This document shows, piece by piece, positions 8,222-19,207 of a stretch of 64,000 nucleotides of DNA. Origin of the DNA: an uncultured Acidobacteriaceae bacterium (GTDB lineage Bacteria > Acidobacteriota > Terriglobia > Terriglobales > Acidobacteriaceae); contig CAVZUP010000142.1 of NCBI GenBank assembly GCA_963778255.1, positions 73,938-137,937 of the forward strand, read 5' to 3'. Position 1 is the stretch's first letter. Every line of letters begins with the position of its first letter. The position numbers were made by a program, and so were the translations under genes. The notes beneath the pieces were generated by a model, which did not search any database, was not told the origin of the DNA, and was given only the letters and a program-made list of their open reading frames with translations.

Positions 8222-9241
8222 ATGACAACCAAGTCGGCGGCATGGCGCCGCAAGTTCAAGGCAATCGAGCGGGACGCTCATGGATTGTGGCAGATCCTTA
8301 AGGCTCTGGTATCTACGGATCATCCTCTGCTGGCGCATCTGATCCCGATCCGGCGCTGCAATCTGGCCTGCACTTACTGTAACGAGTTCGACAATTTTTC
8401 GAAGCCTGTGCCGACCGACGAGATGTTGCGGCGAGTGGATCGGCTGGGCGATCTGGGTACGTCCGTGATCACCATCAGCGGCGGCGAGCCGCTGCTGCAT
8501 CCGCAACTGGACGACATCATTCACCACATGCGGAGACGCCGGATCGTTTCGGGGTTGATCACCAACGGTTATCTGCTGACTGCCGACCGCATCCAGCGGC
8601 TGAACCGCTCGGGCCTGGAGTGGCTGCAGATTTCGATCGATAACGTCAATCCCGACGATGTTTCGAAGAAGAGCCTGAAAGTGCTCGATCGCAAGCTGCA
8701 ACTGCTGGCCGAGCACGCGGAATTTCACGTGAATATCAATTCCGTTGTGGGCGGAGGCGTCAGCCATCCCCAGGACGCGCTCACTATCGGCCGGCGCGCC
8801 ATGGAACTCGGGTTCAGTTCAACCGTGGGCATCATTCACGACGGCTCGGGACAGGTGCAGCCGTTGAACGACGAAGAACGGCGCGTGTATCACGAGATGC
8901 AGGGACTGGAAAAACGCAGCTTCACGCGCGTGCATGCATTCCAGGACAACATTGCGCTAGGCCGTCCGAATCAGTGGCGCTGCCGCGCTGGTGGCCGCTA
9001 CCTCTATATCTGCGAGGATGGACTGGTGCATTACTGCTCGCAGCAGCGCGGCTATCCCGGCATTCCGCTGGAGAAATATACGATTGCCGATTTGCGTCGC
9101 GAGTTTCATACCGAAAAGGCGTGCGCTCCGCACTGCACGGTATCGTGCGTGCATCAGGTGTCGGTCCTCGATGCCTGGCGCGCACCGCAATGGCCAGCGC
9201 CCGCATCGAAGCCGGCCAGCGGCCTGGTGCACATCGAGTAA
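8222..9241 (+). CDS. radical SAM protein with Cys-rich C-terminal (twitch/SPASM-like) region
   Basis: [10 protein letters not shown] (CxxxCxxC), GGEPLL, and C-terminal [19 protein letters not shown]...CAPHCTVSC. Confidence 0.8.
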   Translation: MTTKSAAWRRKFKAIERDAHGLWQILKALVSTDHPLLAHLIPIRRCNLACTYCNEFDNFSKPVPTDEMLRRVDRLGDLGTSVITISGGEPLLHPQLDDIIHHMRRRRIVSGLITNGYLLTADRIQRLNRSGLEWLQISIDNVNPDDVSKKSLKVLDRKLQLLAEHAEFHVNINSVVGGGVSHPQDALTIGRRAMELGFSSTVGIIHDGSGQVQPLNDEERRVYHEMQGLEKRSFTRVHAFQDNIALGRPNQWRCRAGGRYLYICEDGLVHYCSQQRGYPGIPLEKYTIADLRREFHTEKACAPHCTVSCVHQVSVLDAWRAPQWPAPASKPASGLVHIE

Positions 9242-9265
9242 CTCTCAACCATCAGCAAAAAATCT

Positions 9266-9368
9266 TTCACCGCCGAGAGCGCAGAGTGCGCGGAGAAAAA
9301 ACGTTCGCGAAAAGCAAAGGAAACAAAAGCCCATCTTTCTCTGCGATCTCGGCGTCCTCTGCGGTAAG
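9266..9368. repeat. inverted copies of a GCAGAG-periodic element between convergent genes
   Basis: The 9268..9298 arm and the reverse complement of 9336..9368 match at about 75% of positions by eye. Confidence 0.55.
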
Positions 9369-9403
9369 AGGTTCTTGACGTTGCTGACAGCTGAGAGCTG
9401 CTT

Positions 9404-12211
9404 CTAGAACGTCGTGGCTACCGTGAAGCGGAAGGTCTTTCGCGGCTCCCTGAGCGTGTAGTTGGATCCCAGAGTTGAGAGCGTGGTCCCGTACGTATAC
9501 GCGCCAGCCGCGGTGTTTGGGAACATGCTGGTCGTGATGGGGACAGGCGGCGATGCGCTGGTATCGAGGCGCATGGCGTTGTAGGCATAGTAAATGCGGA
9601 AGGGCGCATTGACGACCGGAAGCATGGTCTGCAATTCGATTCCGGTGGACATGCGTACCACCCAGTTGGTGCCAGGAACCGGTCTGAGGTCCTGCGGAAT
9701 GCCGCTAATGGTCTGCCCGCCAGAACAAGCGTAACCCGTCTGCGGGCCCAGGACCGGACAGCCGAACTTGGTGCTAATCAGGTTCTCATACTGCGTCGGG
9801 TTGGTCTGCAACTGCGAAGTGCGCAGGATGGGATCGGTGCCCATGTCAACAAAGGGCGCAATCGCTACCGGACCAGCGATGGTGATGCGGTATTCAAGGT
9901 TGCCGTGCAGACTGAGGTCGCCGCCGGGCGTCACCAGTTGCTGGTACGGAACCGGAATATTCCAGCAGTTGCTGACGCATTGTCCGGACTGGTTGGTACC
10001 GACCGCAAAGGCCGGATTGGCGGGGACAAACGTTCCGTCGCGGTTCCTGAGCGGAACGCTCTGGGCGCTGGGCAGGTAGGCGATGGGTGAAACGGTGCGA
10101 ATGTCGAAGCCGCGCAGATCGTTTTCGCCGCCGAGGTAGGCGCGTTCGAATGGCGGCGCAACGATTCCGCTATATCCCGTGATAAACGAACCCTGGATGT
10201 TGTAGCCGAAGGCGTTGCGGCGTTTCTGCATAGGAAAAAACTGTTTGTACTGAATGATCGGCCGGATGGTGTGCACGGTGCCGCCGAGCCCGGCGAACTC
10301 GCCGCCGATGAATAGGCTCTTGCCTTTGTGGGGCGCGTAGTAGGAATCCAGCGTGTTCATGGTGAAGCTGGGGGTGATCTTGCTGGTGATGATGCCGTCG
10401 AGCGCGTTGGGACCGGTGATCCCGCGGAAGTTAAGATTCTCGAACAACAGTTTGGATGCGCTGCTGACGGCAACCAGCGAGGAGCGGTCGAAGGAGTAGC
10501 TGATGCCAAAGCGCTTGAAGGACCTTCGCAGCGGATAGCTCAAGCTCAGGGTCGCGCCAGTGCTGGACTGCGAATAATTCTGCAGGTTCTGGAGGTAGGC
10601 CGAGGGCAGGTTCAGATTCTGTCCGGTTGCTATGGCGTACTGCCGAGCCTGGTCATAGTTGGTCTTCCGCGTGTAGACGTTGAAGCCGGCCTGGATGGGG
10701 CGGTCGAATAGATAGGGTTCAGTGAATCCGAAGACCAGGTCGCGCTGGCGGCTGCCGAGGCTGGCCTGCACGGAGAGCGTCTCGCCCAAGCCCAGGAAGT
10801 TGTTGGTGCTGTAATTGAGGCCCACGAAGGCTCCAGCCAGACCGCTGACGCCACCTTGCAGTCCGATGCTGTTCTTGCCCTTTTCCTTGACCTTGAGCGA
10901 GAGATCGACGGTGCCATTCTTTTCGTCGAGGTGGCGTTCGGTGGTGTTGGGATCGTCCGGTTTGAGCTGTTCGAAATAGCCGAGCTGGTTCAGACGGAGC
11001 AGGCTGAGTTCCCAGTAATGCGAGTTGTAGATCTGGCCTTCTTCCAGCGCAATTTCGCGGCGGATAACTTTGTCGCGCGTGGTGGTGTTGCCCTGGAACT
11101 CGATGCGGCGCACGTAGAACTGCTTGCCTTCGTCCACGTCGACGACCAGATCCACGGTCTTTTTGTCGTCGTCAAACTTGGTGTCGGGGACGGAAGTGAA
11201 GTTGATGTAACCGGCCTCGCCATAGGCTTTGCGCAGGTTCTCGAGGCCCTTGGCGACCTTTTCGCGGCTGAAGATTTCGCCGTCCTTCATGGGGAAAAGG
11301 TTGCGCAGAGCGGCCGTGTTGGGGATGGCTTTGTTGTTCTTGAAAGTAATGGTGCCGAGGTGGTAGCGCGCGCCCTCCTCGATGGGCATGGTGATATCGA
11401 CGGATTTGCCCAAGCCGGGCTGGACCCAGGGAAGGTGGAAGCCGGTGTGTCCGGTGTCGTGAATCTCGGCTTTGGGATCGTCGACCAGCACCTTGAAGTA
11501 GCCGCGGTTCTGGAATTCGGCGCGTACGCGCTCCGTGTCTTCCTCGAGTTTGGTGGCGTCGTAAGTCTTGGAGAACAGGTCTTCGAGGAAGATGGAGTGC
11601 GGGATGCCGATGGGTTTGAGATTCTTCATGGCCGCGCGCAGGGTGCGGTCGTTGATGTGCTTGTTGCCCCGGAAGCGGATGCGTCCGACCTTGACCTTGG
11701 GGCCTTCCTTGATGACAAAAGTGACGCTGATGGCAGCCGGCGGAATGGGACGGATTTCGGTGCGGATGGTAGCGAACTGTCGTCCGTGCTCGGAGAGCAG
11801 TTCCTTCAGGACAACTTCGGCCTTCTTGATTTTTGTGGGATCGTACTGGTTTTCGACCGAGAGTCCGACCTTGCGGTCCTTGAAGCGGTCAAGCACGTCG
11901 CTGGTGGTCACCGCATTCAGCCCGAGGTAGTTGATCTCGCGGATCGTCGGCCGTTCTTTGAGGTAAATGTGCAGGATCCAGCCCTTGGGGTTCTGTTCGC
12001 GCTCAAAACGGATGTCCTCAAAATAGCCGGAGTTCCAGAGGGCGTTGAAGTCGCGTTCGATGGCGGCGGGGTCGTAGATGTCGCCGACTTTGCTGAAAAT
12101 GCGAGCCTTCACCGTGTCGGCGGGAATGCGGCGGTTGCCGTGGATGGTGATGCCGACAATGAGATCCTGCTGGCCCACTACGGGCGCAGCCAGAAGCACG
12201 AGCGCCAACAA
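9404..12211 (-). CDS. bamA: outer membrane protein assembly factor BamA (POTRA repeats plus Omp85 barrel)
   Basis: 935 aa with repeated POTRA-like segments and a C-terminal beta-barrel ending ...RFTVATTF. TTG start gives a very short n-region (see findings). Confidence 0.9.
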   Translation of the reverse strand: MLALVLLAAPVVGQQDLIVGITIHGNRRIPADTVKARIFSKVGDIYDPAAIERDFNALWNSGYFEDIRFEREQNPKGWILHIYLKERPTIREINYLGLNAVTTSDVLDRFKDRKVGLSVENQYDPTKIKKAEVVLKELLSEHGRQFATIRTEIRPIPPAAISVTFVIKEGPKVKVGRIRFRGNKHINDRTLRAAMKNLKPIGIPHSIFLEDLFSKTYDATKLEEDTERVRAEFQNRGYFKVLVDDPKAEIHDTGHTGFHLPWVQPGLGKSVDITMPIEEGARYHLGTITFKNNKAIPNTAALRNLFPMKDGEIFSREKVAKGLENLRKAYGEAGYINFTSVPDTKFDDDKKTVDLVVDVDEGKQFYVRRIEFQGNTTTRDKVIRREIALEEGQIYNSHYWELSLLRLNQLGYFEQLKPDDPNTTERHLDEKNGTVDLSLKVKEKGKNSIGLQGGVSGLAGAFVGLNYSTNNFLGLGETLSVQASLGSRQRDLVFGFTEPYLFDRPIQAGFNVYTRKTNYDQARQYAIATGQNLNLPSAYLQNLQNYSQSSTGATLSLSYPLRRSFKRFGISYSFDRSSLVAVSSASKLLFENLNFRGITGPNALDGIITSKITPSFTMNTLDSYYAPHKGKSLFIGGEFAGLGGTVHTIRPIIQYKQFFPMQKRRNAFGYNIQGSFITGYSGIVAPPFERAYLGGENDLRGFDIRTVSPIAYLPSAQSVPLRNRDGTFVPANPAFAVGTNQSGQCVSNCWNIPVPYQQLVTPGGDLSLHGNLEYRITIAGPVAIAPFVDMGTDPILRTSQLQTNPTQYENLISTKFGCPVLGPQTGYACSGGQTISGIPQDLRPVPGTNWVVRMSTGIELQTMLPVVNAPFRIYYAYNAMRLDTSASPPVPITTSMFPNTAAGAYTYGTTLSTLGSNYTLREPRKTFRFTVATTF

Positions 12212-12393
12212 AACCAGGAGTCGGTTCCACGTAGAGCTGTGCCGCCAAGCTCTTGTGGGGCAAGAGGATGGAGACCCAGCTGGCTCTTTTCGCGAGCCCG
12301 CGTTGCGGCCCAGTCGCGGGGCCCATGCAGGGATTACCTGATGACGGCGATGAATTGCAACTACCTCGAAGAACTAGAGTTAGGAAAACGGTA

Positions 12394-12423
12394 ATTATAC
12401 GGTAGAGAGTGAAAACCGTCCAA
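12394..12423 (-). promoter_or_regulatory. candidate sigma70-type promoter for bamA (TTGGAC-18-TATAAT)
   Basis: Minus-strand reading gives a perfect TATAAT at 12399..12394 and TTGGAC at 12423..12418. Confidence 0.3.
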
Positions 12424-12449
12424 GGCCGGAACAAATTTCTCCGCTGGAG

Positions 12450-14570
12450 TCACGCCCGAAAAGATTCCACTTCAACACAGACGGAATAGAACGTCGCCGC
12501 GTTGCCCATGTCCGTAAGTTTTTCTGAGGTTAGCACATTGATGTTGCCGCCGCCGGGACTGAATCGTGCCCAATCGAGCCGCGCCGCCACCACTCCCGGA
12601 GGTACGGAACCATTCACACGGGCCTGGAGCAGAATCTCACCGCGCTGGTTAAAGGCGCGAATGCGGTCGCCATGGCGGATGCCGCGCGCCTCGGCGTCAT
12701 CGGGATGCATCTCGAGATCCCCGATCCACGGTTCCATCTGGCGGACCGAAGGCAAGTTGGCGAATGACGTATTGAGATGATTGTCCGGCTTGCGGGCGAG
12801 AAGCTCGAGCGGAAAGCCGGCGGCTTTCGATCCAGATCCATTTCTCGATTCTTCGGGCGGAGTGAAGGCGACGACCGGATCGAGTCCCTGGCGCTTCAGC
12901 GTCTCGCTGTAGAACTCGGCTTTGCCGCTGGGGGTGGGGAAGTTGCCCTGCGCGAAGGGGAGGAAAGGTGCATTCCGGTCCGCGCTTCCATCCTTGCCAA
13001 AATTCAGGCGTATGCGATGCTCTTGTTCCAGGCGATCGCGGGTAATCCCTCTGAGCCGTGGATTCGGCGAATCCAGGGCGCAGTCGATCATGGAGTCTAC
13101 CGTTTCGCGGAAACAATCGTCTTCAAAACCCATGCGTTGGGCCAGCGCGTGGAACAGGTCGACATTGGACCGGCATTCGCCTTGCGGCTCCATCGCTTGG
13201 TTTGAGACCTGAAGGTAGTAATGTCCGTAAGCGGCCTGCAGGTCTTTGTGCTCGAAGAAAGTGGTAGCGGGAAGCACGATGTCGGCGTAGTCGGTCGTGT
13301 CGGTAAGAAACTGCTCGTGGACCACGGTAAAAAGATCGGGGCGCTTGAGCCCGCGGACGACTTCATTGTGATTGTGGCAGACCGCCGCGGGATTCGAGTT
13401 GTATACGAACAGGGCCTGGATGGGCGGCGCGGTCAGCGAGTTCAGCGCGGTCCCCAGTTGCACCATGTTCACGATGCGCGCGGGGCGACCCAGGGCTTTC
13501 TGCATCAACTCGGGCATTTCTAACGCTCCGCGATTTAATCCGAAGGAACCGCTAAGCGAGAGCTGGAGTCCGCCACCGACTTCTTTCCACGATCCGATCA
13601 AACAGGGCAGCATGGTGACCGCGCGCATCGACATGCCTCCGCGTTCGGAGCGCTGGATGCCGTAGTTGACGCGGATCACGGACGGCCGCACGGTAGCATA
13701 CTCGCGGGCGAGCTTGCGGATATCTTCAGCGGATATGCCGGTCCAGTAAGCGACTTTTTCGGGAGGATACTGCTCGGCGCGAGCTTTCAGGTCTTCGAAC
13801 CCCACGGTGTAGCGCGAGACGTAATCGGCATCGAAGAGATTTTCGCCGATGATGACGTGCATCAAGCCGAGAGCGAGAGCGGCATCGGTGCCAGGACGGA
13901 TCGGCAGGTACCAGTCGGCGCACTTCGCGGTGCGCGTACGGTATGGATCGATAACGACCAGCTTCGCGCCCTTGCGGCGAGCTTCTTCGATGAAAGGCCA
14001 GAGATGAACGTTGTTGCCGTGGATATTCGAGCCCCAGGCGATGATGTAGCGCGAATGGGAGAACTGCTCCGGTTCGGTGCCGAGCTTGATGCCAATCACG
14101 GATTTCAGGCCTTCTTCGCCGGCGCTGGAGCAGATGGTGCGCTCCAGTTGCGAAGCCCCCAGGCGGTGAAAGAAGCGGCGGTCCATGGAAGCGCCATTGA
14201 GCGCGCCTAGGGTGCCTCCGTAAGAGTACGGCAGGATGGCTTCGGGGCCGTAGTCGGTGGCGATGCGGTGCAAACGCTGCGCAATCTCGTCCAGAGCTTC
14301 GTCCCAGGTGATGCGCTCAAAAGCCTTGCTCGCGGCTGCGTCCGTGCCACGCGGGCCTTTGGGTGCCACTCGGCGCATGGGATACAGCACACGATCCGGC
14401 GAGTAGACGCGGTCGAGATACTTGGCAACTTTGGCGCACAGGAATCCACGAGTGACGGGATGTTCGGGATCGCCCTGAATCTTGGTGGCGCGGCCGTCTT
14501 CGATGGTAATCAGGACACCGCAGGCGTCAGGGCAATCGTGAGGGCAGGCGGCGTGGACGACGTGCTTCAT
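12450..14570 (-). CDS. molybdopterin (bis-MGD) oxidoreductase family catalytic subunit, cytoplasmic
   Basis: N-terminal CPHDCPDACGV Fe-S motif and MopB-like body. No Tat signal. Substrate unknown. Confidence 0.85.
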   Translation of the reverse strand: MKHVVHAACPHDCPDACGVLITIEDGRATKIQGDPEHPVTRGFLCAKVAKYLDRVYSPDRVLYPMRRVAPKGPRGTDAAASKAFERITWDEALDEIAQRLHRIATDYGPEAILPYSYGGTLGALNGASMDRRFFHRLGASQLERTICSSAGEEGLKSVIGIKLGTEPEQFSHSRYIIAWGSNIHGNNVHLWPFIEEARRKGAKLVVIDPYRTRTAKCADWYLPIRPGTDAALALGLMHVIIGENLFDADYVSRYTVGFEDLKARAEQYPPEKVAYWTGISAEDIRKLAREYATVRPSVIRVNYGIQRSERGGMSMRAVTMLPCLIGSWKEVGGGLQLSLSGSFGLNRGALEMPELMQKALGRPARIVNMVQLGTALNSLTAPPIQALFVYNSNPAAVCHNHNEVVRGLKRPDLFTVVHEQFLTDTTDYADIVLPATTFFEHKDLQAAYGHYYLQVSNQAMEPQGECRSNVDLFHALAQRMGFEDDCFRETVDSMIDCALDSPNPRLRGITRDRLEQEHRIRLNFGKDGSADRNAPFLPFAQGNFPTPSGKAEFYSETLKRQGLDPVVAFTPPEESRNGSGSKAAGFPLELLARKPDNHLNTSFANLPSVRQMEPWIGDLEMHPDDAEARGIRHGDRIRAFNQRGEILLQARVNGSVPPGVVAARLDWARFSPGGGNINVLTSEKLTDMGNAATFYSVCVEVESFRA

Positions 14571-14575
14571 AAAGG

Positions 14576-14635
14576 CAGTACCCAGTTGCCAGTGCCCAGA
14601 CTCAGGTTTTTCTGGGTACTGGCAACTGGGTACTG
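14576..14635. repeat. 25-bp near-perfect hairpin built from GGTACTGG-type units
   Basis: cagtacccagttgccagtgcccaga / tctgggtactggcaactgggtactg with an 11-nt loop and one mismatch. Confidence 0.7.
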
Positions 14636-14645
14636 GGTACTGATT

Positions 14646-15218
14646 CTACTTGAACTCCAGTACTTCTTTTTCTTTCGCCTTGCTCATCTCTTCCATCTTC
14701 TTGATTTCGTCGTCGGTGAGCTTCTGGATCTCGTCGAGCGCGCGCTTCTCGTCGTCTTCGGCAATTTTCTTGTCTTTCAGCGCCTTCTTGATGGCCTCGT
14801 TGCCGTCGCGGCGGACGTTGCGTATCGCGGTGCGGTGCTCTTCGAGAATCCGGTGGAGGTGCTTGACCATATCCTTGCGGCGTTCTTCGGTGAGCGCCGG
14901 GATGGGCACACGCACCAGCTTGCCGTCATTCATCGGATTGAGACCAAGGTCGGCGCTGCGGATGGCCTTTTCGATCGCCCCCAGTTGGGACGGATCGAAG
15001 GGCTGCACCGTGATCATCTGCGGCTCGGGCGCGTGGATCTGGGCGATCTGGTTGAGCGGCATTTGCGAGCCATAGTAGTCAACCGAGACGGTGTCGAGCA
15101 TGTGGACGTTCGCCCGCCCGGTGCGGGTGGCGGCCATTTCGCGGCGGAAGTCTTCCACCGCTTTCTCCATGCGCGTCTTTAGTGTTGCGTAGACTTCTTT
15201 CAGGGCAGGATGAGCCAT
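14646..15218 (-). CDS. frr: ribosome recycling factor
   Basis: 190 aa with a typical RRF sequence ([18 protein letters not shown]...). Confidence 0.95.
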   Translation of the reverse strand: MAHPALKEVYATLKTRMEKAVEDFRREMAATRTGRANVHMLDTVSVDYYGSQMPLNQIAQIHAPEPQMITVQPFDPSQLGAIEKAIRSADLGLNPMNDGKLVRVPIPALTEERRKDMVKHLHRILEEHRTAIRNVRRDGNEAIKKALKDKKIAEDDEKRALDEIQKLTDDEIKKMEEMSKAKEKEVLEFK

Positions 15219-15266
15219 CTTTCTCAGCTCCCAAACATAGCGATATTGGAACCGTGCATTATAAAC

Positions 15267-15331
15267 GCTTTTGGCTGCTCGCTCTTAGCTTTTGGCTCTT
15301 AGCTAACGGCCAAGAGCTAACAGACAAAAGC
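15267..15331. repeat. palindromic array of AGCTAAGAGCC-type units (frr/pyrH spacer)
   Basis: Imperfect palindrome centred on agct at about 15303. Confidence 0.6.
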
Positions 15332-15333
15332 CT

Positions 15334-16050
15334 CTAAGCGCTGACCAGCGAGCCGATTTTTTCTCCCAGCACGACGCGTCGGATGTTGCCGCGCTGGTTC
15401 AGGTTGAAAACGATGATGGGCAGGTTGTTGTCCTTGCACAAGGAGATGGCGGTTGAGTCCATCACCTTGAGGCCCTGCCGCAGCACATCCATGTAGGTGA
15501 GTTGCGAAAACTTCTTGGCATCGGGGACCTTCATCGGGTCGGCGTCGTAGATGCCGTCCACTTTGGTGGCTTTGAGGATGGCGTCGGCCTTGATCTCCAT
15601 GGCGCGCAGCGAGGCGGCCGTATCGGTCGAGAAGTACGGGTTGCCGGTACCGCCGGCGAAGATGACCACGCGGCCTTTTTCAAGGTGCCGCATGGCGCGG
15701 CGGCGGATGAAGGGCTCCGCTACCTGGTTCATCTCAATCGCGGTTTGCACGCGGGTGAAGACGTTTTGCTTTTCGAGCGCGTCCTGCAAGGCCAGCGAAT
15801 TGATGACGGTGGCCAGCATGCCCATGTGGTCGGCGGAAACGCGATCCATGTTCTTGGCCTGGTCGGCAACTCCGCGGAAGAAATTGCCTCCGCCGACGAC
15901 GATTGCCATCTGGATGCCGAGACTGTGCACGTCGGCAAGTTCAGCGGCGATTTCATGAATGCGAGTGGTGTCGACGCCGAAGCCCTTGTCAGCGGCCAGG
16001 GCCTCACCGGAGATTTTCAGGAGAATTCGTTTAAAGATGGGAGTCGGCAT
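15334..16050 (-). CDS. pyrH: UMP kinase
   Basis: [18 protein letters not shown]... Track ORF extends to 16122, but the extension runs across a repeat element. ATG at 16050 chosen. Confidence 0.9.
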   Translation of the reverse strand: MPTPIFKRILLKISGEALAADKGFGVDTTRIHEIAAELADVHSLGIQMAIVVGGGNFFRGVADQAKNMDRVSADHMGMLATVINSLALQDALEKQNVFTRVQTAIEMNQVAEPFIRRRAMRHLEKGRVVIFAGGTGNPYFSTDTAASLRAMEIKADAILKATKVDGIYDADPMKVPDAKKFSQLTYMDVLRQGLKVMDSTAISLCKDNNLPIIVFNLNQRGNIRRVVLGEKIGSLVSA

Positions 16051-16059
16051 GAAAAAACA

Positions 16060-16098
16060 GGTCCTTCCCCTTCGGCTGCGCTCAGCGTCAGGATGACA
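16060..16098 (+). repeat. GGTCCTTC...GCTCAG..CAGGATGACA motif (longer variant)
   Basis: Shares its core with 24563..24589 and 34482..34510, all in the same orientation. Confidence 0.55.
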
Positions 16099-16120
16099 AT
16101 CGGCTGGGGGAGTCACAATC

Positions 16121-16142
16121 AAAAGGGGCGCCGTAGCGCCCC
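16121..16142 (-). terminator. intrinsic terminator after tsf
   Basis: GGGGCGC-tacg-GCGCCCC followed by TTTT on the minus strand, 17 nt after the tsf stop. Confidence 0.55.
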
Positions 16143-16158
16143 CTCAATGATTCGATTG

Positions 16159-16839
16159 CTACTTGGCAACCGGAGCCGTCGCCTCGCCACCCTCGTCCGG
16201 CTTGGCGGCAACGAAAGCGACAGTCGCCGTCACATCGCCGACTTTGAAGCGGGCGAAGCGGCGCACGGCGATGTTCTCGCCGAGCTTGCCCACCTTGGCC
16301 GCGATCAACTGCGAGATGCTGATGGTCTGGTCCTTGATGAAGGGCTGCTCGAGGAGGCAGACCTCTTCGTAGAACTTCTCCATCATGCCGGCGACCATCT
16401 TTTCCGCGATGTTTGCAGGCTTGCCGCTCGCGATGGCCTTCGCGAGATAGATATCCTTCTCGCGGGCGTAGTCTTCCGGCGTGACGTCTTCTTTCCGGAC
16501 AAACTTCGGGTCGCTTGCTGCAATGTGCATGGCGATGTCGTGGACGAGTTCCTTGAAGTCTTCGGTTCGGGCGACGAAATCGCTCTCACAGTTGACCTCA
16601 ACCAGCACGCCAATCTTGCCGCCGGCGTGAATGTAGTAGCCCACCGAGCCTTCGCTGGTGACGCGCGCCGCTTTCTTCGCGGCCACGGATACACCCTTCT
16701 TGCGCAAAAGGACAACTGCCTGTTCCAGGTCGCCTTTGGCTTCGGTCAGGGCTTGCTTGCAGTCCATCATGGGCGCTCCGGTTTTTTCGCGGAGCTCTTT
16801 TACTTGTGCAGCGGAGATGTTTGCCATAGTAGCGCTCAT
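16159..16839 (-). CDS. tsf: elongation factor Ts (short form)
   Basis: AAQVKELREKTGAPMMDCKQAL UBA-like N-terminus. Alternative start at 16827. Confidence 0.9.
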   Translation of the reverse strand: MSATMANISAAQVKELREKTGAPMMDCKQALTEAKGDLEQAVVLLRKKGVSVAAKKAARVTSEGSVGYYIHAGGKIGVLVEVNCESDFVARTEDFKELVHDIAMHIAASDPKFVRKEDVTPEDYAREKDIYLAKAIASGKPANIAEKMVAGMMEKFYEEVCLLEQPFIKDQTISISQLIAAKVGKLGENIAVRRFARFKVGDVTATVAFVAAKPDEGGEATAPVAK

Positions 16840-16840
16840 T

Positions 16841-16985
16841 AGAATTAGAACCTCAGAATTAGAACCTCAGATTTCAAAGTTTCAAGGTTTTCAGAGTTTC
16901 AAGGAGGGTCAGTCGGGGGGCCACACCGAGGTTTAATCAAGGTTGCAACCCTTGAAACTTTGCAACCTTGAAACCTTGAAACCTG
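16841..16985. repeat. inverted arrays of GTTTCAAGG-type units (tsf/rpsB spacer)
   Basis: The left arm (16841..16904) contains tttcaaagtttcaaggttttcagagtttcaagg. The right arm (16939..16985) contains the complement, ccttgaaactttgcaaccttgaaaccttgaaacc. Confidence 0.7.
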
Positions 16986-16992
16986 CGTTTTG

Positions 16993-17919
<927 letters not shown>

Positions 17920-18084
17920 TCAACCTCCTCAGTTGGTCTGCATCCGGACACTCACAGGCCCCGGATTGCCATTCCCGTCCACCCCATCTCGGGGGAGGTG
18001 GGGGGATGAATTTAACACCTAAAATCAGTCGTACGTCGTCGGTCGGCAGTCGTTTGCGAACGACCATCGACTAACGGCCATCGA

Positions 18085-18480
<396 letters not shown>

Positions 18481-18482
18481 TT

Positions 18483-18619
18483 AAGCTTCTAGCACTTAGC
18501 TCTTAGCCATTAGCCAAAAGACCGCGTGCTTCAACCTTTCCAAAAAGTCTTCCGAAATTTCTCTATTACTGCGATCAGCCTGCTCGAAGCTAAGAGCCAA
18601 GAGCTAAGGGCCAAAGCTT
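18483..18619. repeat. inverted arrays of AGCTAAGAGCC-type units (rpsI/rplM spacer)
   Basis: 18483..18520 resembles the reverse complement of 18586..18619 (shared cttagctctt cores). Confidence 0.6.
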
Positions 18620-18620
18620 C

Positions 18621-19052
18621 CTACGCAAACACCTTGGCTTCCGGCTTCTGCGCCTCGTGCGGGTGCTTGTCGCCGCGGTAAACCTTCAGCTTCGTAAACA
18701 TCTGCTTGCCCAGCTTGTTCTTGGGAAGCATGCGCGACACGGCGTCTTCGATAATCAGCTCCGGCTTGCGGACGATGCGCTTCTTCATGTCTTCCGAGCG
18801 CAGGCCGCCGGGATACCCGGTATAGCGGTGATAGACCTTCTGATCCGCCTTCATGCCGGTGATCTTGATCTTCTCGGCATTGATGATGACCACGTGGTCG
18901 CCAGTGTCGATAAACGGCGTGTACTTGGGGCTCTCTTTGCCCATTAAAATGCGGGCCACACGCGAGGCCAAGCGTCCGAGTGCAAGTCCGCTCGCATCCA
19001 CCACAAACCACTTACGCGTAATATCCCCTTCTTTGGGGAAATAGGTTGACAT
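18621..19052 (-). CDS. rplM: 50S ribosomal protein L13
   Basis: [20 protein letters not shown]... ATG at 19052 chosen over the longer track ORF. Confidence 0.95.
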   Translation of the reverse strand: MSTYFPKEGDITRKWFVVDASGLALGRLASRVARILMGKESPKYTPFIDTGDHVVIINAEKIKITGMKADQKVYHRYTGYPGGLRSEDMKKRIVRKPELIIEDAVSRMLPKNKLGKQMFTKLKVYRGDKHPHEAQKPEAKVFA

Positions 19053-19177
19053 CGGAAATCTCCCAGAGCTTAAAAAGAACGCGATGAAGACCGCTGAGTG
19101 CCCTAAGCAAAATCTATCCACGCAGAACGCGTGCTAGGTGTTCCAGGCGGGCAGCCGCAGGACTTCCAAAGACATTT

Positions 19178-19207
19178 AGAATAGCCCAGCCCTTGGCCCC
19201 TTGTCAA
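19178..19207 (-). promoter_or_regulatory. candidate promoter of rplM-rpsI (TTGACA-18-TATTCT)
   Basis: Minus-strand TTGACA at 19207..19202 and TATTCT at 19183..19178. Confidence 0.35.

Noticed and set aside
10856-12394. 512-aa ORF on the + strand antisense to bamA. Similar long antisense ORFs occur at 31814..33748, 34815..35960, 15502..16842, 42370..43380, 37593..38519, 23564..24481, 8108..8767, 20006..20788 and 62489..63337.
   Set aside because: These are typical shadow ORFs of high-GC DNA. Each overlaps a gene with clear family motifs on the other strand. Their translations are Arg/Gly/Ala/Pro-rich with no recognisable motifs.
16051-16122. N-terminal extensions of track ORFs for pyrH. The same issue affects rplM (19053..19121), the S41 protease (25909..25971), the lipoprotein (29545..29604), the FtsX permease (51404..51577), the ADA-like gene (41743..41883) and PPOX (45489..45527).
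   Set aside because: The extensions run through repeat elements or lack family similarity. Internal ATG codons give canonical N-termini or signal peptides.
16841-16985. Short tandem repeats (GTTTCAAGG and other unit families) considered as possible CRISPR arrays.
   Set aside because: The units are only 8-10 nt, are directly abutting without unique spacers, and are arranged as inverted arms. No cas genes are in the window.
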